Assembly (NCBI GenBank): GCA_964016885.1
Contig: OZ024740.1
Coordinates: forward strand, 161,386,001 to 161,450,000
Direction: 5' to 3'
Source of the DNA: Eledone cirrhosa
Taxonomy: Eukaryota
DNA length: 64,000 bases
Made by a program: the position numbers and the translations under genes. Positions 53,653-64,000 of this stretch are shown piece by piece (within the stretch, counting starts at the first letter, position 1; the number at the start of each line of letters is the position of its first letter). The notes below the pieces were generated by a model. It had not been told where the DNA came from. It searched no databases and worked only from the letters and a program-made list of their open reading frames with translations.

Positions 53653-54371
53653 TAGTACATCGTTCCTTTGTCAGTGTTGAACAAAAGGGCAACGATGGTT
53701 GCTAAACACTGTACGGCTTAATTCGGGATGTTTGTTTACAAACAAACCGAGCATTAAATAAATGTTCGGTAAATCCATACGTGCATACATATTTATGTGT
53801 GCATGTATGTATATATATATATATATATATATACATACTACTGTACGTCTGTATACATATATGTATGTACGTATACATACTTATATTTAAGTAACAGCCG
53901 TACTAAGAGTGAGAAATGAAATTTCGTTTCATTTTTTCCATTTATCGTTTTCGGTGCGCCCGGCCGATTAACTCACTCGATATGCAAATTAGGCTGCTCA
54001 GCCGTTAATATGCATAAGGAAAGTATATACTTTCAGACGTTCAATCATCTGGCAGGAAGGTATACGGTGCTGACGATAGCTAATAAGCTTGAAACTAGTA
54101 CATCGTTCCTTTGTCAGTGTTGAACAAAAGGGCAATGATGGTTGCTAAACACTGTACGGCTTAATTCGGGATGTTTGTTTACAAACAAACCGAGCATTAT
54201 AATAAATGTTCGGTAAATCCATACGTACATATATATATGTGTGTGCATGTCTGTATATATATATATATACATACTACTGTATACATATATGTATGTACGT
54301 ATAAATACTTATATTTAAGTAACAACCGTAGTAAGAGTGAGAAATGAAATTTCGTTTCTTTTTTTCCATTC
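53653..54371 (+). mobile_element. HHR mini-element family A, ~1.6 tandem units (443-nt monomer)
   Basis: TAGTA|CATCGTTCC at 53653 and 54096. Ends in (TA)n. Confidence 0.88.
54064..54106 (+). ncRNA. Minimal type I hammerhead ribozyme (family A)
   Basis: ACGGTG-CTGACGA-TAGCTAATAAGCTT-GAAAC-TA-GTA|CATCGT. Confidence 0.88.
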
Positions 54372-54616
54372 ATATATATATATATATATATATATACATA
54401 GAATATTTCCGTATCGTGAGAGAGTAAAGGTTTAAAGGGATAGGAGATACATATAGTTAATTGCCAAAAGCTGGTGCATTTGTGCTCACTACTTGTGCCT
54501 ACAGGGTTACATATCGGAGGCGTTAATATTTAGTGGGCGAGAATATAAGCAGAGCGGGTTACAAATGAAAGGAATACAAAGGAGAATACATGCTGTTAGA
54601 ACATGTCTATACAAAA

Positions 54617-54658
54617 GCACCTACGTACGTTTCGCCCGAACAGGGCTTCTCAAGGGCA
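54617..54658 (-). ncRNA. Hammerhead motif, U3-A8 variant
   Basis: Minus strand reads GCCC-TTGAGAA-GCCC.TGTTC.GGGC-GAAACG-TA-CGTA|GG. Stem I is weak. Confidence 0.55.
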
Positions 54659-55018
54659 TACAATTCTAGAGACTGTTCAGTACAGAACCCAGAAGGGGTT
54701 TTAAAGTGATAGTTACATTAAAGTTCATTTTTGATTCATTTGTTGTTATTGTCACCGATCAAGGGGAGTAACTCTGGCCGGTGTTTGAATAAACGTCCCC
54801 AAATGGCTTATATATATATACATATATATATACATATATATGTATATATACAAATATAACGAAGGAGTTGTGGTACGGAACCAAATGGACCATAACGCAC
54901 CAGAGTACTCAATACTTAGTGTAGTAGAGTGGGTAATAGGAGAAAGTATGACCCCGACGTCCAGAAATAGCCGTCGAAACGGCTTGAGCTCTGCCGTCGA
55001 GGTCATACTTTCTCCTAT

Positions 55019-55070
<52 letters not shown>

Positions 55071-55074
<4 letters not shown>

Positions 55075-58000
55075 TTAGGAGGTGAGTTTTATTGTAGCAC
55101 AATAAAGCAATGCAAATATCGGATAAGTAGCACTCTACTGTTTGTAGGACTGGAGTATAAATAATATAAGATCAAAAGATGGTTAAAAGAGTTCCAAGTA
55201 TTTTATTATGCGCATTTCAAATACAAATATCATCATGATATGATATCTGCGTTTTAATCAGATAAAATAGGGATACATGATATGAAGGTTAAAAAACACT
55301 TGTGAATAGTGAAGTTTTAAATCAACATATAAAAAATAATTTAAGATTGATGTGTGATATTGGGAAAAAGTGAGGGGGGGTGGAAAGGGTAAAAAAGAGG
55401 AGATGAGAGTAAAGTGGGGTGGGGGAGGAGTATAAGAAAGAAGGATGGGAGAGGAGGAGAGATGGTGATATATAGAGAGAGATAGCCTTTACAACTGAGA
55501 AAAATATATATTGTCTCACAGAGAGAAGTTAAAAAGCCATTGGAAGATAATAGATAATTTAAAAGAATTTGAAATCAAAAGTTGATGAAGAGAAAAGGGG
55601 GTTAAGAATAATATTAAATTAAATTAAGGTTTGTATATTGAAGGGTTTAATAATATGTGCGAGGAAAAGAGATTGTTAATATGTATTATTAAAATAAAAA
55701 TATTAATGTTATTAAGGATATAATGTGAAAAGAAGTAGAAGAGTGGATGAGTTATGAATTTAGAGGAATTAGTTTGTGTTTAAGTTTGTTTTTATGTAAT
55801 GTAATATGTGTGCGTAATATATGTAAATAGTTTGTTTAAAAATGAGCGCAGAAAGCAAAGAAGAAAAGAATGTTTAAGGAAGAAAATATCTAACATCAAA
55901 ATATATGTTTACGAAATATTTTCTAATGGTAATAATATAATATATTAAAGGAAATTAGTTAGGGTTTAAGTTTGTTTTTATGTATTGTAATATGTAATAT
56001 CTAAAAATCAAACGAGCATGAAAGGAAGAGATAAAGAACTTAAGGAAGAAAAATCTAACGTCAAAAAATGTTTATGTTTACGAAGGACTATTAAAGGTAA
56101 TACTATAATGTATTTAAAAGATAATAATAATTTTTATGGCCAATGATATGAAGAAAGATGGAAGAGTGGATATGTTGTGGTGAGTAATAATAATAATTGA
56201 GAAGTAGTTAGGAAGTAAAAGTACAGATTAGAGGTTAGAAATTAAAAAGAAAAAGAAAAGAGGAAGAAAGGAAAGTGATAAAGAGGAATGATATAGAATG
56301 AGTAACTTGTATTATATAATATATAATAAATAATATTAAAATAAGGTAGAAAGATGGGTATATTTAAAAAAATATATATATATAAGCCTTTGAGAAAAAG
56401 GATTTTAAACAAGTAAAGAATTAGTTATTAGCTGTATTCTTTATGGAATGTTCTGTGGAATTTATGCAAGCAGAGAGAAAATAAATTAGTTCGTCTATTT
56501 ATTATAGAATCTAAATTAGATATAATGGTAAATTTCTCAGATAGGCAAAGATTACACGTTCTGGATAGGGAGGCATTCAAGTAGGGAGAGGCAGAACAAA
56601 CTTTCCTCCAAGAGATGTTATAGTTAATATTTTTGTCTTTCAAGGACCATATGAGTTCTGAGAGTGCCGTGTTAGTTCTTTTAAGTCGGTATCTAAAAGA
56701 CGAATTGTGATTATAAAATCTCACTTTGAAGGAGGTGGAAGTGGAACCAAAATAGGTAAAGGAATTAGTATCAGTTATAACCTTACATTCATAGACTAAG
56801 TTTTTTTCAAGACAATGGTTATTGAGAGGACATTTAGTTTTAACAGGGCAATTACAATTGCGATTAGAGAAATTAGCAGAGTTATTAACAAGTGACCTAA
56901 TGTTATTTATAGGAGGAATTGGATTGGAGAAGTTATTTACGATAGGAATAATAGTTTCCTGATTTAGGTTGGTATTATGAACATTCAACGAAGTTACATT
57001 TTACGTCGTATTTGAGTTTGCAGAATCTAGCCTAGAGTTAACAATGACGTCGGGAGTACTACTGCTATTATTATGACACTCAGTGTTGGAAGGATGTGAT
57101 TTAATATTTAATATTTTATTGTTGTGTTTAGAGATAATGTTAGAGATGTTGGTGGAGGTGGAATAGGAAAATGTTATTGTATGTTTGTTAAATATTTTAC
57201 TATAGATATGTGAGGGAGGGAAGCATTTATCTAAGGCCCTAAAGAATAGTTTAGGAATATTATTATTAATAGAAATAGAGAAAGTAGCATTATACCAGAT
57301 TATATTTTTGTATCTAGGTCATTTATTTAAGTTACTGGAATGATCATAATTAATTATTTTACTGTAAGACCTTCTAGGATTGGTTTCTTTACTGTATTTA
57401 ATTTTATCAGTATAACCGGCTTTAGAAAGTGCATTATTATAGTAATTGGCGTTAGCATCAAATATATTTTTATTAGAGGATAGGTTTGATATTCTTTTTC
57501 CAATATTACTAACTATATAAGTTTTAATGTTAGTGGGGTGGTTAGATTTAAAATTAACATAATTTAGATTCTCATTGTTTTTATGGTAAGGGTAATATAG
57601 GCCAGTGTCAAGATTAAGGGATATATCCAAGAAGTTAGCTAGTTTGACGTTGTTATCAAATTCGATTTTAAGATTATGTTGCTTAAAGAGATCACGTATA
57701 TTGTTCTTAATAATATTAAGGTTAACTAAATTGCAATTTAAGATAGTAAAAAGTCCATCGTCACGATAAATTCCACCGCGAAGTTGAGGAATTTTCCGAC
57801 TCAAAGAGTTCAAAATAAAGATACCAATTAAATCTGTCAATTGGGATGAATCGGATGCTCCCATTGTGATGTCGAAGTTGTTAGAGGTATCAGCTCTGGT
57901 CCAATATTCATTGTTGAACTCTAGGATGGTTTTACGTGCGGTGAGAATGATGTGAAGTTCATCTGTGGTGATGTCAGAATATTTAAATGCGAAAGATTGT

Positions 58001-58195
58001 TGAGAAGTGAAGGCGAAATAGAAGAATAGTAGCTGGCAATATCAAATTGAACAAATTTTAGTTTGTTTTTATTATTCAATTTGTTGAACCAGCCAATCAC
58101 TTCAGAAGTACCAAACCATAAATTTAAGTTCAAAGAAGAGCAATTACTCTGGCGCGTTATGGTCCACCTGGTTCCTTACCACACTTCCTTCGTTA
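55071..58195 (-). mobile_element. PLE (YRDDGL-type RT + GIY-YIG-like), 5'-truncated, flanked by (TA)n
   Basis: [69 protein letters not shown]. Confidence 0.9.
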
Positions 58196-58246
58196 TATAT
58201 ATATACATATATAACGAAGGAAGTGTGGTAAGTTTGATACATACAT

Positions 58247-58287
<41 letters not shown>

Positions 58288-58341
58288 ATATGTATATACA
58301 TATATGTTCGTGTGTGTATAAGTATATATAACTATATATAT

Positions 58342-58469
<128 letters not shown>

Positions 58470-58486
58470 TTATATATATTTATATA

Positions 58487-58865
58487 TACAATATTAAATA
58501 AATGGAAACTATATTTATAAAACCATATCTATTTCATTATATATATTTCGGGGATATCATATTAACAATATGCTATGCCTTCCTCAGACAAAATACAATA
58601 TAAACAGTTTTATATATAAATATATTCGACATACCTTAATAACACCGACTTGCATTTGGAGAGGTTAAAACAGGCAGTCTGTTTTAACCTCTCCAAATGC
58701 AAGTCGGTGTTATTAAGGTATGTCGAATATATTTATATATAAAACTGTTTATATTGTATTTTGTCTGAGGAAGGCATAGCATATTGTTAATATGATATCC
58801 CCGAAATATATATAATGAAATAGATATGGTTTTATAAATATAGTTTCCATTTATTTAATATTGTA
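58487..58865. repeat. Palindrome with 187-bp arms (no mismatch seen by eye) and 5-nt spacer; each arm holds an HHR motif
   Basis: Arms 58487-58673 and 58679-58865. Plus-strand HHR 58759-58820: TTTTGT-CTGAGGA-long stem II-GAAA-TATATA-TA|ATGAAA. Mirror copy at 58532-58593. Confidence 0.9.
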
Positions 58866-58969
58866 AATATACTCCAAATATTTGTCGAGTGCTTTTATAT
58901 CAGTTATAAATATTTACTAGTTGTAACCCAACAATTGTAAATATAACTTTCCATGTATTTATATATATA

Positions 58970-59049
<80 letters not shown>

Positions 59050-61714
59050 AGAAGTGTCTTTTATCGTAATCTGGAACATCAACATAAAAGTTCCTTCATT
59101 GTTTCGATTATCTTTGTGTGTAACTGCCAACAGCAACTCTACAACACCACCATGTATAGGAAAAAAACAAACAACCGTGAAAATATTTTTATCAAGCTTT
59201 ATAATTAAATCCACTGAGAATAGTATTCTCTGATGGTTATGGAATATGAAAACATTGGGGAATATTTACCATTTATTTGAAGTTTCCATGGTTGTATGAA
59301 GCGAAACAAAAAACGTTAAATAATAATTTTTAAAAATATTTTTTAAAATAGAATCAACTTCTAAAAGCTGATTTCATTTTATTTTTAAATAAGATTTAAA
59401 TAAAATAATTTGTTTCTGTTTCTTTTATCTAATTCAAATTCTGAAAAGGAAACCAGCAATCTGAAATAATAGTGTGAATAATTTATATTTTCTTTTTTTG
59501 TTGTTAGACTGTAAAACATAAATATATTATGTCTGTGTTTCCTTCTTGTTTCTATTGTTATTGACAATGTTGTTTTGTCGTTGATGTTGATGATAATGTT
59601 GTTTTGTTACTGTTGGCTGTTGATGTTGGTGTGACCATTGTTGGCTATTTACAATGAAACATGCTGCTAATGTTGCTGATGGTGTTGTTGCAACTGCTGT
59701 TTTTGCTGCTGCTGCCGTTAATAACGTTGATAATAAGTAGGAAGAAGACGAGTAGGGAGAAGAATTTGTAGACAAGGAAATGGAGAGCAAAATCATCGCC
59801 GTCATTATTTACGATAAATATTCTTATCATGATCTACATTTTCATTATCCTCTCTAGCCCCACTACAACCGCCAAAGCAAACGTTTATACATTGTCGCTT
59901 GACATGTCCCAAATAATAACCAAATCTATCTCAACTCATTCCTTTTCCTTGTTAAAAGGAAATGTAATGCAGTCATTAGATAATGTGGTTCTAGATAAGT
60001 GTCGTTTCAAAACATTAAAAAACCTGGCTGTTCTGTCTGAGCTGACCTGTGTCTAAACAACGATTCTTGGGCCAAGATGTTCTCGTTGAAACAAAATGTA
60101 AGAAAAGAAGCAATTTTTGTGAGGCAGCCAAACGTAAATAAAATGTTGTTTATGCTGAGTTTGTTATTGTTGTCATTTACACCCCGACCACCCTGTCTGA
60201 GCGGCCTTAGTCAAAGGTGTTCTAGCAATGATGATCCCACTTTTGGTAATGTGAAATTTAAAGAAATAAAAGCATTGGTGTCAGAGAGAAAGCCCAGCTA
60301 TGTGAAAGTAAGAATCTGTTATGGTTTTTTTTTCCTCTGAGGCACTAAAAACCGGAAGAGATATGAAAAGAGGTGACCAGCAGCAGAGACAGCAAGAACA
60401 CCAATAGGTTTTGAAGAATTTTGTTCAAACCTCGCTGCAACGTGTTCTACTGGTCGCAGCTCTAGGGACGGTCAAATAACACGCGTCATTCTCAGAACCA
60501 GATGACAAAAACGCCAGCTTCTTCAGTGTCACACTAAATCGATCCCCTTGTGAGGTTGTAGAGCAGATAGAGAGCAAGAAAAGATTAGCAAACCATCATT
60601 GAAATAAGAAAGAGGAGGAAAAAACAACAGCATTGTTGGCGGAGAGGGAGAGAACATGAAAAATACACACGGATGACGCACACACAAAGCAGGGTACTTG
60701 TTGTTATATCGTTGATGTGCATAGCCCTTGGATGAATGCCTGGTGCAATAAAAATTTTAAAAAACATATGACATATTGTATGAAGAAGAGAATTTTGGCT
60801 CACATTTTTTAAAAATGTGCAAAAATGAAATATTGTCAAAGACCACATCAGTGGTCTACCACAATGTCCAACAAGCTTTCACATATGACGTTAGATAATT
60901 TTTGTTTGTTATCACAAAATAAATGCTTCGTGTGCCTTTGTATATACACTTTTCTAATGAATAGAAGGTGCACCCATTTGTGGTGTGCTCTGATCCAACC
61001 TCAACAGTAGGCTCTCGTCTGCGTGTACAACGGTTATCCTATTGTTTTTACTTTTTCTTAAATCAGTTTTTAATTATTTGTATTATTATTACTTGATCGT
61101 CAGCACACTCGTTATCTTCAATAATGGAATTTGATTTTCGCCGGGGTTACGAACAAAATGTCTCAGAATATTTGTTCTTTTATCCCATGGAATGGAAAAA
61201 GTGTCAAAACAATGAAAGAAATATGCGAGAAAGCAAAAATTAATATTAGTTAATGACCAAACATATCTGCAGTTCTTTTATATTAGGGAGACAACTAGTG
61301 TTACGTTTAGATGTTATTATGTCCTCATTAATGCAACAAATAAGTTTAAATTACTGTATATTGGCTATCGTAAGAAATTCAATTGCTTATGGCAGTGTTC
61401 CGTGAAAGAAATTCTTTCTCTAAAACAATTTGTGTTTCATTTGTTGTCCTCAAAATATAAGTATGAGTTCCGCAACATTTAGAAACTTGTATAAGATATC
61501 TATGACAAAATGTGTTTGGGAATTTCTGAACATTTATAATTATTTGCACTGATCATCAAAGTATTTATTTTTCATAAATAATATACTGAAAATGATTTAA
61601 TTGTTAATAAAAATTACATTCTCGTGGGCAAATTATTGTAGACATAGTTAATACGTTAAACATTAAAAAGCAAAGAAATATATATGCTCTGTGGAAGAGA
61701 CAATATTAGTCTTA

Positions 61715-62636
61715 TCTATATATATAAAACTGAGCATGTCTGTCTGTGTGTGTGTGAGTTTGAATCCCTAAAACTCGAGAACCACCCAACCGACTCTTTT
61801 CAAACTTTAAACATATAATACTTTCAGGGAGTGTTCTGAGCAAAAGAGATTTCAAATTTTCAATGCCCTAGGGACCGCATTAGGTGATTTAGAGATCCCT
61901 CTCTATAATTCTTAGTCTTTCTCTTTTTAAATAGATGCATACATATAACGTCGCGCGCGCCCTTATAATATCTGTCTGTATGCATTACGTCACTTCCCTG
62001 AAGATGTGTGTGTGTGTGTATGTGTGTGTGTGTGTGTCTGAGTTTGAATTCCTAAAACACGAGAAGTACCCAACCGACTTTTTTCAAACTTTACATGTGT
62101 ATTACTTATCTTTCAGGGAGTGTTATGCACATAAAAAATTCAACTTTTTGATACTCTAGGGCCCGCATTAGTTGAAAATCTGCGTGTTTTCAGGGTTTTA
62201 GGGTTTTTTGAGTCGTTACGTCAGACTGATTTCCTTGAAATTGTAACTATGTATTAGTCAGTCTCTTCATCATACCGTGAGCAAAGAAAATCCAACTTTT
62301 TTATGGTCTAGGGCTCGCATTAGGTGAAAAACTTCATTTTTTCAGCTTTTTAGGGCTTTTTTGAGGCGTTACCTCTAGCCGATTTTCCCGAAATTTCAAG
62401 GCATATTATGCACATTAAAAAAATTCATTTTCTTGATCCCCTAGGGCCCGCATTAGAGGAAAACCTGCATTTTTCCTGCTTTATCGAGGAAAATCTTAAA
62501 GATTATCCAGCCATCAGAGTATTTGGTTTATTTTCTTTACATATTGTCCACGCATGCAGTTTTTCCACGATTAAGTCTGTTGGCAGCCTACGTTCCAAAA
62601 TACCTTATCCGGTGCAACGCCGGGTACCACTGCTAG
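61715..62636 (+). mobile_element. Non-autonomous Helitron
   Basis: A|TCTATATATATAAAA 5' end, subterminal hairpin CCGG-TGCAACG-CCGG, CTAG|T 3' end, internal subrepeats (CTAGGGCCCGCATTAG). Confidence 0.85.
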
Positions 62637-62733
62637 TAGTCAATATAAGTAAGTTCAAGAAATATTTCTGGTATATTTCAATATTATTCATCGGTGAAAC
62701 AAAACCGTTACCTTTGCTTGCCAAAGTAGAAGG

Positions 62734-62875
62734 TGGGCGTAGTCGTTAGAGCGTAGGCTGACATACCTGACGTTACTTTTTCCGACTCTCTGTTCTCTGA
62801 GTTCAAATCTTGCCGAAGTCAATGTAGGTTCGATCAAATAAAGAAGCAGTCTATGATGGTGGATTTGCAGAATTG
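62734..62875 (+). mobile_element. Decayed tRNA-derived SINE
   Basis: GTTCTCTGAGTTCAAATCTTGCCGAAGTCAA B-box region. Confidence 0.55.
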
Positions 62876-64000
62876 ATGGCATTTGTTCTGGATCTTTTCA
62901 TTCGGAGTTCAAATCATTCTGTAATTTACTTGTGACCAGAACTCCAGATTGCGAGTACCTTCTTCTTCTCGCCAGTCTCGGGAGCACTAAAAGTGGAGAT
63001 AAGGACAGTTCGTCGCCATTTAACTAAGCAGTAAAAAGAAAAGGATGACGATTCGAGATTATATATTTTTTTTTTTTTTTCATTTTCCATCTAAATATTT
63101 AAATAAGTGTCTGTCATAATTATATCTTGTTTCTAATTACAGCTTTATTTTTAAATGTTATCTTACAATATGTAGCACACGTCGTATAATGCACCTGCTT
63201 CCTACCCCACCCACCCTCTCTCTCTCTCTCTCTGTAGCAGTTTGTGTTGCTAGTCAATCTTGCAACAAGACAAATTGATGTCTAAATATTCTAAACATGT
63301 GAAGTAGTTTTTGAACTGAATAATTATAATTTAAACAAAAATAGTCATCCAAAACTGTTATTTATAGATAATTTAGTGTTAACTTATTTAATAGATAACT
63401 AAAAAAAAATAATATGAGGATGATGATAGTTAGGGAAAGGGGATTAGATGCGTGGGGTAAATCCCAATTATTGGTACAGGCAGGTTTTTGAGGTTTTGAG
63501 ATAGGATTGAAAACGGTGATTAGTGCAGGACTTGAAAGAGGAGTGTGAGACACAGTAATGAGAAGCGAAAGAGGTGGGAAGGGAATGTTATGTGAGCTTA
63601 GTTGAAAGCGTTAACAACTATCTAAGAAAAACATGGAGTGAACAGTTGCCATATTTGTGGTCTAGAGGTTGGATTTTGTTAGATCCAAAGTGGAATGTAT
63701 CCTCAGTGGTTTTCATTTTGTAACAAAAAGATGGGACAATACGTGCTGAAAGGTATTTAACTCACTCCACTGTACTTTATATTGATTACATGGTCACGTG
63801 TTTTAAAGGAGGGTATTATCATTTAGATTAACCTCAATAATTGACTAATACTTTATTTTGTCGAACTCAACGACGAAATTAGCCTCACTGGAATGTGAAC
63901 TCAGTATGTAAATTACGATGACCAAATAATTGTCAAATTTAGGCAAAAGACCTGTAATTTGGAGAGAGGGGAATTTTATTATATCAACCCAGTGCTTGAC

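Noticed and set aside
59500-60850. Possible host exon or LINE fragment
   Set aside because: Only low-complexity trinucleotide sequence and short ORFs without recognisable motifs or supported splice structure.

Overview
AT-rich, microsatellite-dense eukaryotic genomic DNA with no recognisable host protein-coding gene. The tRNA-derived SINEs and the repeat landscape suggest an octopus/cephalopod genome (inference). The window is mostly mobile DNA. It holds at least seven Penelope-like retroelement (PLE) copies (RT and/or GIY-YIG), mostly embedded in (TA)n tracts, an RTE-type LINE with an inverted 5' half, Tx1, CRE and R4-like LINE fragments, a decayed Tigger/pogo transposon, a non-autonomous Helitron, MITEs and SINEs. 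The main unannotated signal is about 15 type I hammerhead ribozyme (HHR) motifs that I folded by eye. Some lie in PLE terminal repeats and some in divergent palindromes. Others lie in three related families of non-coding 420-480 bp partial-tandem mini-elements (retrozyme-like) that show stem covariation and shared 3' ends. Most ORFs in the supplied track are microsatellite artefacts.
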